From positions 34,502 through 98,501 of the forward strand of contig JAZJXT010000003.1 in the NCBI GenBank assembly GCA_040390725.1: 64,000 nt of DNA, read 5' to 3'. The notes beneath the pieces were generated by a model that was given only the letters and a program-made list of their open reading frames with translations, did no database searches and was not told the DNA's origin. This DNA comes from Patescibacteria group bacterium (GTDB lineage Bacteria > Patescibacteriota > Minisyncoccia > Phycocordibacterales > UBA9973). Positions 1 to 9,897 of this stretch are shown here, piece by piece. Made by a program: the position numbers and the translations under genes. How positions within the stretch are numbered: position 1 is the stretch's first letter; the number at the start of each line of letters is the position of its first letter.

Positions 1-1
1 A

Positions 2-571
2 GAATTGGCTGATCGTCTAAAATCTCGCTTTGCTGCGGGGATGATAGTGGATGTTTCTGAGCCCGAGTATGAATCCCGCATGGCGATTTTAAAAATAAAA
101 TTAAAAGAATCCGATATTGAATTAGAACCGGAAATTCTTGATTATATTTCATCCGTAATTCAAGGAAACGTGAGGGAGCTCGAGGGTTGCCTTAACACCA
201 TAATATGTCAATATCGCCTTAAAAATAGGCCTTTGACACTAGCTGAAGTTAAAAACTTACTCAAAAACAGTATAAAACCAAAGAAAAACGTAGCCATAAA
301 AGAAGTGGTTAAAATAGTTAGCGATCATTATGATTTAGAAGAAGAATCAATTTACGAAAAAACAAGAAGGAAGGAGATAGTCAAAGCAAGACAGATTGTG
401 ATGTATTTATTGCGAGAAGATTTCAATGTTTCTTACCCGCTCATTGGACAAAAACTCGGGGGTAAAGACCACACCACAGTTATTCATTCATATTTAAAAA
501 TAAAAGAAGATTTAAAAACAGACCAGCAATTATTACAAGAAATAGAACAAATAAGAGTGATGTTTAAATAG
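2..571 (+). CDS. dnaA: Chromosomal replication initiator DnaA, C-terminal part (5' end cut by window edge)
   Basis: C-terminal AAA+ lid and domain IV HTH (…IVMYLLREDFNVSYPLIGQKLGGKDHTTVIHSYLKI…); followed by DnaA-box spacer and dnaN. Confidence 0.9.
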   Translation, partial: ELADRLKSRFAAGMIVDVSEPEYESRMAILKIKLKESDIELEPEILDYISSVIQGNVRELEGCLNTIICQYRLKNRPLTLAEVKNLLKNSIKPKKNVAIKEVVKIVSDHYDLEEESIYEKTRRKEIVKARQIVMYLLREDFNVSYPLIGQKLGGKDHTTVIHSYLKIKEDLKTDQQLLQEIEQIRVMFK

Positions 572-574
572 TGT

Positions 575-846
575 TGATAAGTTAATGATAAGTGATAAAT
601 AAACATAGAACAAAGTAGGAATAATTAAATTATAAAGTGTTGGTAAAAAAACAAAAATGTGGATAAATTTTTACACCAAAGAATAAATTATCAATTATTA
701 AAAGTTATTAGATTAAAATTAAAATTAAAAAATAGAATTAAGTAATAATTATAATATTAAAAACACTTATCCACTTATCCACAACACTAATAGTATTAAT
801 AATTTAAATATATAAGATATACACATTAACATAATAAAACAAAAAT
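575..846. promoter_or_regulatory. oriC candidate: AT-rich dnaA-dnaN spacer with DnaA boxes
   Basis: TGTGGATAA (reverse complement of TTATCCACA) at about 658-666; tandem overlapping TTATCCACT/TTATCCACA at about 767-783; >80% AT spacer typical of a DNA unwinding element. Confidence 0.7.
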
Positions 847-1944
847 ATGAAAATAGAATTAAGTATTGATAAAATTAAAAACGCAATAAATCAAGTAGAG
901 AAGATAACTGGCAAGAATTTAACACTTCCTGTTTTAAGTTCTATATTATTCACAGCTTCAGGTAATTCATTAAAACTTCGAGCTACTAATTTAAGTCTTG
1001 GAATTGAAATAGAAATACCGGCGAAAATTGAAAATGAAGGAGTAATGGCTATTTCCGGTGGAGTACTCGCAAATGTTTTTTCTAATATTTTACAAAATGA
1101 TAATATTTCAATAGAAGGAGAAGACGGTAATATAATAATTAAAACAAAGAAAAGTAGGATAAAATTAAAAGGCCAACCCCATGATGATTTTCCTACAATT
1201 CCACTAGTTTCAGGGGTTACTTTTGAAATAGAATCAAAGAAATTAATAGACGGTATAAAATCAGTTTATTATAGTTCTTCCGTTTCTGATATAAAACCGG
1301 AAATATCAAGTGTTTATATTTATTCAAATGAAGATAATTTGGTTTTTGTTTCCACTGATTCATTTAGGTTAGCTGAAAAAAAAGTAAAGGTTAAAAATTT
1401 AGTTGAAATACCTGGTATACTTATTCCTTTTAAAAATATTCCGGAAATATTAAGAGTTTTTGGAGATTTCCAGGGTTCTATTAAGGTTTGTTTTAATAAG
1501 AATCAAATTTCATTTTCTTCTGATAATATTTACCTTACATCTAGGGTTATAGACGGAGTGTTTCCAGACTATCGACAAATTCTACCAAAAGAATCAAAAA
1601 CAGAAGCGGTAATATTAAAACAAGATTTATTAAACGCATTAAAACTTTCAAATATATTTTCTGATAAATTTAATCAAGTTAATTTAACAATAAAACCAAA
1701 AGAAAAACTTTTTGAATTGTCTTCACAAAATAATGATATAGGAGAAAATAAAACCACACTTGATTCCGCTATTTCAGGGGAAGAGATAGAGCTTGGTTTT
1801 AATTATAAATATTTCTTGGACTGTTTTCAGTCAATCACGACCGATAGTGTTTCTATTAAGTTTAATCAAGCTTCGCACCCCATTGTTGTTTCTGGGGTTT
1901 CCGATTCTTCTTTTTTATATCTAATAATGCCCATGAATAGATAG
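847..1944 (+). CDS. dnaN: DNA polymerase III beta sliding clamp
   Basis: 365 aa, three-domain clamp-like, N-terminal MKIELSIDKIKNAINQVEKI…LPVLSSILF typical of DnaN; immediately downstream of dnaA/oriC. Confidence 0.9.
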   Translation: MKIELSIDKIKNAINQVEKITGKNLTLPVLSSILFTASGNSLKLRATNLSLGIEIEIPAKIENEGVMAISGGVLANVFSNILQNDNISIEGEDGNIIIKTKKSRIKLKGQPHDDFPTIPLVSGVTFEIESKKLIDGIKSVYYSSSVSDIKPEISSVYIYSNEDNLVFVSTDSFRLAEKKVKVKNLVEIPGILIPFKNIPEILRVFGDFQGSIKVCFNKNQISFSSDNIYLTSRVIDGVFPDYRQILPKESKTEAVILKQDLLNALKLSNIFSDKFNQVNLTIKPKEKLFELSSQNNDIGENKTTLDSAISGEEIELGFNYKYFLDCFQSITTDSVSIKFNQASHPIVVSGVSDSSFLYLIMPMNR

Positions 1945-1959
1945 GTATTAAAATCACTC

Positions 1960-2217
1960 ATGATAGAAATTAAAGATTTACTTTTAAGATTTAGTAATAT
2001 TCTTCTTTCTGAAGAATTAAAAAAACAAGGAATTCGAGATACTATTTGTGAAGTAATAGGCGTAGAAATAAAAACTGAAGACATTAAAATAAAAAATGGT
2101 ACGGTTTTTTTAAACATAAAACCAATCTATAAAAACGAAATCTTTTTAAAACAAGATAAAATATTACAAAAACTTTCCGAACAACTAGGCAAAAAAAGCC
2201 CACAGAGTTTAAGATAA
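1960..2217 (+). CDS. Small DUF721-like protein (YaaB/DciA-type gene often found after dnaN), hypothetical
   Basis: 85 aa ORF directly after dnaN; size and position match DUF721 proteins; no catalytic motif seen. Confidence 0.35.
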   Translation: MIEIKDLLLRFSNILLSEELKKQGIRDTICEVIGVEIKTEDIKIKNGTVFLNIKPIYKNEIFLKQDKILQKLSEQLGKKSPQSLR

Positions 2218-2232
2218 TATAATTAGGTTCTA

Positions 2233-4740
2233 TTATTGTGTTTTAAAAACAGAAGTAATCTCACTTTGGTTGTATGCAGTATCGTAAAATATTATTTTTA
2301 TTTCGTTTTCATTTTTTAGATTATCTAATTCAGACGGAGTAAAGGAAAAATCAAACGGAGGCTTGGATGTTCCTAGGTACACATCATTTATAAATATATC
2401 CATTTTTTGTAAAGGGAAGTGGCTGGAACTATTTATTTTTAAATTTATTTTTTGGTCAGATGGATAAATTGTATTTGTGTCCGGGGTGATGATAGAAATC
2501 ACGGGCTTCATCGCGTTGGTGTGCACGTCGTCTAATGCTACAGGCTTGCTAGCCCATGTAGTCACGGGATATTTATAACTATTTTGTGCCCACCAATTTT
2601 GTACAGGTATTTCCCAGTGGGAGAATTGCGGGTCGTTGTATGGATTTACTGGAGAGGGCCCCAGGATGTTGTCTTGGTCTACCCAGTAAAGAATCGAATG
2701 CACGTTTGTAATAATCCTTTCTTCTTTTGTTTCTTTTGGTGTTTGGTCTGTAGCCAGTTTCCCAGAAATTTTATCAATGAAATAATGTTCATTGCCGAGC
2801 CATGACCCACGCAGTGCCGGGCTTACTTTTTCCGGGTCAGTAGACAGGTCAGGCTTTTCAAATTTTTCAGCGGGGACAGTTTGCATTGCTTCCGTAATAA
2901 ATTTATTCCAAATCGGTCCAGCCAAAGCCGCACCTCCTTTTTTCATAGATTTATTATCATTATTTCCTGCCCATACACCGACGACAATAGATGGTGTATA
3001 ACCTATAGTCCACGCATCCTTGTCATTGTTTGTTGTTCCGGTTTTTACTGCTGTGTTTGGAATATTTAACGGAGAATTTGCGCCAAATGTAGGAGTACGA
3101 GCTATGTTGTCAGAAAGAATATCAGAAATAGTCAAAGCCGTATTTTTTGGCAATATTTCTTTTGGGTTTGGTGTATATTCTTCTAAAACATTTCCGTTAT
3201 TGTCTTCGACTTTTAAAATACCCGTGTAAGGATTCCTTACACCGTCATTTGCGAAAACCCCATAAGCCGAAGTGATGTCTAAAAGTTTTACTTCTCCGCC
3301 TCCGATAACGAGAGTGAGTCCGTATCGGCTCGGGTCAGCCAGAGTAGTGATACCCATGTCTTCGGCAGTTTTTAGTGAATCTTTTGTACCGGCAAGATAA
3401 AATAATTTTACCGCCGGGATGTTTATGGATTGTGCCAAGGCGTACCTGAGGGTCATAGGTCCGCGGAATTTTCCATCATAGTCATCAGGCATATAACAAT
3501 CACTTTGGTTGTGACCTGGTAGTGCTTTGCCATAAGCATCACAGGTTGTTTGGAATTCTGTAGGCAGGTCAAAGAGCACTGCGTTTTGTGTAAAGCCTTT
3601 GTTGAAGGCTGTAGCGTAAATAAAAGGCTTGAATGATGACCCAGGCTGGCGAGATGCAGTAGCCACGTTAAAATTACCATCTATTTTTTTATCAAAATAA
3701 TCTCGTGAGCCGACCATTGAAAGTATTTGCCCTGTTTTTGGGTCGATAGCTACGAGTGCTGCATTTGATCCGCCCCAATCTTTTTCATTTTCTAATGCTC
3801 CTTCTTTTACAAATTGTTCTGCTTTTTGTTCCAAGTTATAATCTAGGGTTGTGGTGATTTTTAATCCATTTTGTTCCACCATATCTGTTCCGTACTTTTG
3901 TTCCAAATAATCCTTTATGAAAAATACAAAATGAGGAGCTTTGATGCCCATGGTTGCTTGAGGCTGAAATACAACAACTTCATTTTTTGCATTATTATAA
4001 TCTGTATCGGAAATAAATTTTAATTCATGCATTCTAGAAAGCACAAAATTTTTCCTGTCGTCGAGTTTTGTTTTATTTTTCCCATAAGGCGAGAGTGATG
4101 TCGGGGATTGCGGGATAGAAGCCAAATATGCCGCCTCGGCCAGAGTTAAATCCCCGGCGTCTTTATCAAAATAAGTTTTACTTGCTTCTTCGATGCCGTA
4201 AACATTTCCGCCATAAGGCGCTTCATTCAGATAATATTCCAATATTTTTTCCTTTGGCATTGAACGGTCTATTTTTATTGCGAGTATCCATTCTTTTATT
4301 TTTCTACCCAGGGTTCTTTTGGAATTTAATAAAGTATTTTTTACCAACTGTTGAGTGATAGTGGATCCGCCTTGTGTTTTTCCTATATGTAAAAAGTTTG
4401 AAAGGGTGGCGCGTATTATGGAAGTTATTTTTATTCCGCTGTGATTATAAAAATCAGAGTCTTCCACGGCAACAGTAGCATTTTTTATATTTATGCTCAT
4501 TGCTTCAAATGGTACGTTTGTTCTTTTTACATCTTGGTGTATATCGTATAAAAGGATTTTCCCCGTGCGGTCATATATTTTAGTAGAATTGACGACTTTT
4601 CTGTCTTCAAAAGAGTGAAAATCCGGAATTTTAATAAGCGAAAGCCAAATAAGGAAAATACCAACAAGCACAACAAAGCTTCCGGCGCCAAAAAGCACCA
4701 GATTCTTTAAAAATATTTGTTTTTCATGTTTTTTTCTCAT
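2233..4740 (-). CDS. Class A penicillin-binding protein (glycosyltransferase + transpeptidase, PBP1A-like)
   Basis: N-terminal TM helix; GT51 motifs (QGGSTITQQLVKN); transpeptidase SxxK (SSFKPF) and KTGT motifs; long C-terminal extension. Start taken at MRKKHEK (longest ORF starts at 4776). Confidence 0.9.
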   Translation of the reverse strand: MRKKHEKQIFLKNLVLFGAGSFVVLVGIFLIWLSLIKIPDFHSFEDRKVVNSTKIYDRTGKILLYDIHQDVKRTNVPFEAMSINIKNATVAVEDSDFYNHSGIKITSIIRATLSNFLHIGKTQGGSTITQQLVKNTLLNSKRTLGRKIKEWILAIKIDRSMPKEKILEYYLNEAPYGGNVYGIEEASKTYFDKDAGDLTLAEAAYLASIPQSPTSLSPYGKNKTKLDDRKNFVLSRMHELKFISDTDYNNAKNEVVVFQPQATMGIKAPHFVFFIKDYLEQKYGTDMVEQNGLKITTTLDYNLEQKAEQFVKEGALENEKDWGGSNAALVAIDPKTGQILSMVGSRDYFDKKIDGNFNVATASRQPGSSFKPFIYATAFNKGFTQNAVLFDLPTEFQTTCDAYGKALPGHNQSDCYMPDDYDGKFRGPMTLRYALAQSINIPAVKLFYLAGTKDSLKTAEDMGITTLADPSRYGLTLVIGGGEVKLLDITSAYGVFANDGVRNPYTGILKVEDNNGNVLEEYTPNPKEILPKNTALTISDILSDNIARTPTFGANSPLNIPNTAVKTGTTNNDKDAWTIGYTPSIVVGVWAGNNDNKSMKKGGAALAGPIWNKFITEAMQTVPAEKFEKPDLSTDPEKVSPALRGSWLGNEHYFIDKISGKLATDQTPKETKEERIITNVHSILYWVDQDNILGPSPVNPYNDPQFSHWEIPVQNWWAQNSYKYPVTTWASKPVALDDVHTNAMKPVISIITPDTNTIYPSDQKINLKINSSSHFPLQKMDIFINDVYLGTSKPPFDFSFTPSELDNLKNENEIKIIFYDTAYNQSEITSVFKTQ

Positions 4741-4779
4741 AACTATAATCATAGCAGAATATATGTTATAATTCACCTT

Positions 4780-5973
4780 ATGTCAAAAGTTATTACGGAT
4801 AAAGATAAAATTAAAAAATTATTGGACAGAGGGGTGGAAAATATTTTTGTAAAAGAAAGTCTGGAAAAAAAACTTTTATCTGGTAAAAAGTTAAGAGTTT
4901 ATCTCGGTATTGATCCCACCGGTCCGACTCTTCACATGGGGCATGCAATACCTATTATGAAGTTGAGGCAATTTCAAGATTTAGGACATGAGGTTATCCT
5001 GTTAATGGGTGATTTTACCGCGATGATTGGTGACCCGACAGATAAAACTGCCACCCGCAAACAACTGACCCATAAAGAAGTTTTAAATAATTTAAAAAAA
5101 TATAAAAAACAAGCTTCAAAATTTTTAAATTTTACCGGCTCAAACAAGGCTCAATTTAAATTTAATTCAAAATGGTTAAAGAAAATGAATTTTCAAGAAG
5201 TTTTAGAGCTCGCCTCAAAGACAACTATTGATCAAATGTTAAAGCGTGATATGTTTGTACGTCGCCAAGAAGAAGGTAAACCAATTTTTGGACACGAGTT
5301 TTTTTATCCATTGATGCAGGGCTATGACAGTGTAGCTATGAATATTGATGTTGAAGTGGGAGGTAATGATCAGACCTTCAACATGTTGGTGGGCAGGGAT
5401 TTGGTTTCAGAAATTCTTAAAAAAGATAAATCAGTTATTGCCATGAAATTACTCGAGGATAATACCGGCAAGAAAATGGGTAAGACTGAAGGCAACATGG
5501 TTTCACTTGAGGACACTATGGAAGAAGTTTTTGGCAAAGTTATGAGTTGGAATGATTCGTTGATTGAGAAAGGTTTTGAACTTTGCACAAATTTGGATGA
5601 AAAAGATTTTCCAAGTATGGATAATCCGCGTGATGCTAAAATGAAACTGGCTCATGAAATAGTAAAAATTTATCACGGAGAAAAGAAGGCCAAGGAAGCA
5701 GAGGTGGGTTGGGAAAAGACTTTTTCTAAAAAAGAAGTGCCGGATGAAATGGAAGAAGTGAAAGCCATGAATGGAGAAATTCTTGCGGATGTATTAGTAA
5801 AAAATAAAATTTTAAGCTCAAAAGGTGAGTGGCGCAGGCTGGTCGAGCAAAATGCGATTCATGACTTGGAAAATGATACTAGGATTTTAGATGCGAATTT
5901 AAAAGTGAATAAAAACTTAACTCTCAAGATAGGTAAAAAAAGATTTTTGAAAATAATAGCAAATAATATATAG
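4780..5973 (+). CDS. tyrS: Tyrosyl-tRNA synthetase
   Basis: Class I HIGH variant (GPTLHMGH), KMSKS variant (KMGKT), C-terminal S4-like domain; start at MSKVITDKD (longest ORF starts at 4717). Confidence 0.85.
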   Translation: MSKVITDKDKIKKLLDRGVENIFVKESLEKKLLSGKKLRVYLGIDPTGPTLHMGHAIPIMKLRQFQDLGHEVILLMGDFTAMIGDPTDKTATRKQLTHKEVLNNLKKYKKQASKFLNFTGSNKAQFKFNSKWLKKMNFQEVLELASKTTIDQMLKRDMFVRRQEEGKPIFGHEFFYPLMQGYDSVAMNIDVEVGGNDQTFNMLVGRDLVSEILKKDKSVIAMKLLEDNTGKKMGKTEGNMVSLEDTMEEVFGKVMSWNDSLIEKGFELCTNLDEKDFPSMDNPRDAKMKLAHEIVKIYHGEKKAKEAEVGWEKTFSKKEVPDEMEEVKAMNGEILADVLVKNKILSSKGEWRRLVEQNAIHDLENDTRILDANLKVNKNLTLKIGKKRFLKIIANNI

Positions 5974-5993
5974 TAAGTTAAAAGTTAAATTAA

Positions 5994-6026
5994 AAACCCC
6001 CGACATAAAAGTCGGGGGTTTTTAAT
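5994..6026. terminator. Bidirectional rho-independent terminator
   Basis: aaaaacccccgac-ataaaa-gtcgggggttttt: 8-bp GC stem, A-run upstream and T-run downstream; serves tyrS (+) and the small ORF at 6028-6159 (-). Confidence 0.8.
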
Positions 6027-6027
6027 T

Positions 6028-6159
6028 TTAGTGAAACCTATCATCCGGATCTTCATCATTGTCCTCGTCGAAGTTGAAGTTCCCCGGTTCATCCAAGGGT
6101 TCATCTAGGTCCACATCAGAATCATCGTCCATATTTATTATGTCATCATCGTAACTCAT
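6028..6159 (-). CDS. Hyper-acidic 43-aa micro-protein (below the 60-aa ORF-track cutoff)
   Basis: Hand translation: MSYDDDIINMDDDSDVDLDEPLDEPGNFNFDEDNDEDPDDRFH*, 20 of 43 residues D/E; bounded by the terminator at 5994-6026. Confidence 0.35.
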   Translation of the reverse strand: MSYDDDIINMDDDSDVDLDEPLDEPGNFNFDEDNDEDPDDRFH

Positions 6160-6280
6160 AATTACAAGATTTTTATTTTTCTAAAAAACGACCTTTTTAA
6201 AATTAATTTTACTTATGCCAATACTTTTTATCAAATCTAGAATTGTTTGGCAATAGCTAAAAATTTAAACTGTGGATAAC

Positions 6281-6784
6281 TCATAAACCCTTTGTTTTTA
6301 AGCACGTAAGGCCTGTCAAAGCTATCGCAATAGCATCCATTTCATCGTCTGATTTTTTTGAATTATCTATATCTACCAGCATTTTCACCATTTTTATCAT
6401 TTGAGCTTTGTCAGCCTTGCCATACCCGGTAGTGGCTATTTTTATTTGAGGAGGGGAAGCCTCGAAAACTTTGAGCCCCGCGCATGAGGCTTCGTATATA
6501 ACCACCCCACGTGCTTCTGCTACATGCATCACTGTTTTTTGGTTAGTGGTCAGGAAAAGAGTTTCTACCGCCAATACCTCCGGTTCGTATTTTTTAATTA
6601 CATTTCTAACTTCTTCACCGATAAGTTTTAACCTTTCCGAAAATTCCAATTTTGCCGAAGTTTTAAAACATTCAGAATAAATTACTATATTTTTATTTAC
6701 CTTACCGTAGCCTTGTATAGAGGGGGATTCCAACACCGCCACCCCCAACCTCTCAAAACCCGGGTCTATGCCTAAAATTTTCAT
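6281..6784 (-). CDS. ruvC: Holliday junction resolvase RuvC
   Basis: MKILGIDPGFERLGVAVLE… RNase H-like fold with catalytic D/E positions; start taken at MKILGID (track ORF extends to 6877). Confidence 0.85.
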   Translation of the reverse strand: MKILGIDPGFERLGVAVLESPSIQGYGKVNKNIVIYSECFKTSAKLEFSERLKLIGEEVRNVIKKYEPEVLAVETLFLTTNQKTVMHVAEARGVVIYEASCAGLKVFEASPPQIKIATTGYGKADKAQMIKMVKMLVDIDNSKKSDDEMDAIAIALTGLTCLKTKGL

Positions 6785-6837
6785 AAGTTTATTATACATT
6801 ATATATAGGTTAATTTTAGTTTTTAAGATGTATTTAT

Positions 6838-9800
6838 TTGTCACACAAAAAAACATACTCTTTAGACAAAAAAGCATTTTTATGCCAGTATATAGGTATG
6901 GAAAGAATATATAAACCAGTTACACAACCGCCTATTGTCCCTAAAAAGAAAGCGGATGTTGTTTCTAATAAAAAAGAAAAATCTGTTAAAAAGAAGGATA
7001 ATATAGAACTGTCAGTTGTCTCTAATCTTAAAAAAATATTAAACTCTCAGATAAGCCCAACTGCTGCGCAAATTTTTGTGTTTGAAAATGTGCATACAAA
7101 AGAAGAATTTGAAAGTGTGTTAAATTATCTTGTAAAAAATGCATCTGATAAAAAATTAGAACCCTACATAGGTAAACTTATAGATGCTATTGGTCAAAAT
7201 GGACAAAGGGTTAGCCCAGAAGTTTGGATTGAAAATATGTCGGACCTTTTTTCAGTCGCAGGTGTTTCCGGAAACATAAAAGATTCTGCGCTTTCTGCTA
7301 CTAATTATATAATGTCATTTTATGAAGGGCATATTCCTGAAATTTTAAAAAAAGCAACCCTTGAAGACATTTCTGATTATAACAAAACAGGTAAATTGAT
7401 TAAGTTTCTTTTTTACTTAGGCAGGGAAGCCAAAGGTCAGGGGTTTTCAGAAAAACTTTCTGAAAGTATAAAAGAAACCTTAGGTAAAATAGCAGAGCCG
7501 AAATTGGAAAAAAATTATTTATTAACAAAATTCGCTGGTGGTGCCTTAGAGGGGTTAGAAAACAAACACAATCCAAATGCTTCTGGCACACTTTGGTTTG
7601 CCATCCAAAAAGATCAATATGGGGCTGTGTATGAGGATGGATTTTTGCACATTAGTGATGCTGGAACAAAAAATGACATTGACTCTAAAACAGAAAAAAT
7701 TCATGAAATGTTTAAAATAAAGATGTCGTCTGAAGACGGGGAAAGATTGTCTGAGATAGAAAAAGAACTTGCAGAAATTAAAGAAGAGCTGTTCCCATCA
7801 AATAAAAAGATAATTACTGAAATTAATGAAAAAAATAATAAACTTATTAAAAAAATAAATGAACTTCATGATGAAAATGTAGAAATTTTTAAACGCAATA
7901 ATCCTGATTTTCGTGCCTTAGACAGAGAAAGGGTAAAAAGGGTTATTGAAATTGAAGATATTGTTTCAAAAAATACAATAACACCAAAAGTACTTATTGA
8001 TATGGTCCCTGGAGTAAGTCCTGAAGAAGTTAAAAAATTATATCCAGATTACTTGTTTATGTTGGATGGCATCATGAGACCAATTTTGGAAACAGACTTT
8101 CAAAAAGATATTTTTACACTTTCAATACCAGAGCAATTATATTTTTTAAATTACTTGAAAACAATAAATAATAAACAAGCTGAACAGATGAAGAATTTCT
8201 GTAAAACTAATGGCTTAAATGGTCTTCGAACATTTCTTTCAATTGCCCATGGTGGAAAGGAAATGGGAGACAAGATTATAACTATAGGGGAAAGGTTGCC
8301 GGAAGAATTGGCGGAAAAGGTTTTTCAAATTTACAGCGAACATGTGGAAAAAGTTGCAGTGGTGGCTGGAAAGGTTTTTTCTGATTTAAAACAGGAATTT
8401 CCAAATTTATTAATAGATGAAGATACTATTACTCAATCATTGTTGGTTCGCGCAAAAGATTTTTTGGTTGAGCTTGAAGCGGAATTGCAATCCAATCCGG
8501 AAGGAATAAAAAGTTTTGTTAATAAATTTATTACTGAAATTAAAAAAGAGTCACCTCAAGAGCAGGTGGTGCGAGCTCAATTTAAGACGATTGCAAATTT
8601 GTTAAATCATGAAAATGTTGATCTTAAAAATTTTGAAAACAATCAGGATTTGATTTTACATTCATTGGGCACGGGTGAGCAGAAAGCTTTGATGTTTAGG
8701 GCATTAAACAGGATGAATCGGTTGAGCCCTGTGCCTGAAATACATTGGCGAGTCGATCGTTCCAGTGAAGAATATGACAGACGTTTAGGAATAAATGTAA
8801 ATAAATTTTTACAAGAAAGGTCAGGCATTTTAGGCAGAAAACAGATTTTATTGGAAATTGGTCCTGGGAGTGGGGTTGCAAAATCAGGCAGGACAGACCT
8901 GGGCCTTTCTGAAAATTATCAAGACATAGCTCTTTCAGATAAAATTTATTATCCCTTGTCTTCAGTAGTTGAAAAACTTATTGATTACTCTGAATTAGAA
9001 AAAATAATGGGTAAGGAGTCAGGTTCGAACGATAATCTTCCACTTTCAGCAGAAGAAAAAAGCCAATTGGCGGATTTTATTTATAAAACAATAGTTATTA
9101 AGCAAGGAGAAACTTCATTCGATACTTTCACATACGACGAGCAAAACCAAATGAATTTAACTGAAGATATAAATAATTTAAAAAATATTTTAGGTGAACA
9201 GCTTGGTCAAAGATTAAAATCGGCAAAAGAAGTCCCCGACACTGTCAGCATGCATCGCGACGGCAAGGTTGTTTACCCGAATAAAATAAAAGTCGAATCA
9301 TGGTCGCCAAAATTACAAATGGCAAAAAAATTACTTGAAGAAAACCCAACAAACTTCTTGAGATCAGATTGGGAGCAAGTTGATTATTACGATTTGATCG
9401 AAGCTTTTCCTGCGAATGTTATGGTCGGGGACTTGGATCAAATTTCTCAATTGCGTTCAGACCAAGTCGATGTGGAATTGGCCGTCAGGTCCACTGTGTA
9501 TAAAAAGGGAGAAGATTATGTTCAATTCTTAGGGCAATTATTTAATACTCTGAGCGAAGGCGGTGTGGCCATAGATGACAGCATCAGGGACAATGACGGT
9601 TGGTATTATCGCATAGCGGAAGTTTTAGAGGCGCAAGAAAAATTTGGAGATAATAATGAAGTTTTAGTTATATTAGGCCCAGGTTTTCAAGGTGAAGACA
9701 AAAGGCAAGACAAAGTGCCTTTATCATTAGTCATTACAAAGAAAGGTAGTTCTATAGAATTGATAAAAAAGAATTTATTACCGGGGTATGAAATAGTTAG

Positions 9801-9897
9801 TCTTGAAAATTTATCTGGTGATCAAGATTATTTATTGACCTTAGATGATACAGGGTTAACAAAAAAGAAAGTAAATCAATCAGCTTTGGCAGCGTAA
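6838..9897 (+). CDS. Large (about 1000 aa) hypothetical protein: Lys/Glu-rich coiled-coil N-terminal half, C-terminal region with a SAM-methyltransferase-like GxGxG motif
   Basis: Uninterrupted 1019-codon ORF; …GRKQILLEIGPGSGVAKSG… resembles MTase motif I; no other recognisable family; alternative start at 6898 (MERIYKP). Confidence 0.5.
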   Translation: MSHKKTYSLDKKAFLCQYIGMERIYKPVTQPPIVPKKKADVVSNKKEKSVKKKDNIELSVVSNLKKILNSQISPTAAQIFVFENVHTKEEFESVLNYLVKNASDKKLEPYIGKLIDAIGQNGQRVSPEVWIENMSDLFSVAGVSGNIKDSALSATNYIMSFYEGHIPEILKKATLEDISDYNKTGKLIKFLFYLGREAKGQGFSEKLSESIKETLGKIAEPKLEKNYLLTKFAGGALEGLENKHNPNASGTLWFAIQKDQYGAVYEDGFLHISDAGTKNDIDSKTEKIHEMFKIKMSSEDGERLSEIEKELAEIKEELFPSNKKIITEINEKNNKLIKKINELHDENVEIFKRNNPDFRALDRERVKRVIEIEDIVSKNTITPKVLIDMVPGVSPEEVKKLYPDYLFMLDGIMRPILETDFQKDIFTLSIPEQLYFLNYLKTINNKQAEQMKNFCKTNGLNGLRTFLSIAHGGKEMGDKIITIGERLPEELAEKVFQIYSEHVEKVAVVAGKVFSDLKQEFPNLLIDEDTITQSLLVRAKDFLVELEAELQSNPEGIKSFVNKFITEIKKESPQEQVVRAQFKTIANLLNHENVDLKNFENNQDLILHSLGTGEQKALMFRALNRMNRLSPVPEIHWRVDRSSEEYDRRLGINVNKFLQERSGILGRKQILLEIGPGSGVAKSGRTDLGLSENYQDIALSDKIYYPLSSVVEKLIDYSELEKIMGKESGSNDNLPLSAEEKSQLADFIYKTIVIKQGETSFDTFTYDEQNQMNLTEDINNLKNILGEQLGQRLKSAKEVPDTVSMHRDGKVVYPNKIKVESWSPKLQMAKKLLEENPTNFLRSDWEQVDYYDLIEAFPANVMVGDLDQISQLRSDQVDVELAVRSTVYKKGEDYVQFLGQLFNTLSEGGVAIDDSIRDNDGWYYRIAEVLEAQEKFGDNNEVLVILGPGFQGEDKRQDKVPLSLVITKKGSSIELIKKNLLPGYEIVSLENLSGDQDYLLTLDDTGLTKKKVNQSALAA

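Noticed and set aside
2584-4358. Several 60-76-aa plus-strand ORFs
   Set aside because: All fall inside the PBP gene on the opposite strand; shadow ORFs. The same applies to the small plus-strand ORFs inside pilB (18276-19796), inside the Cys-rich gene (27121-27984) and inside the P-type ATPase (48045-49181).
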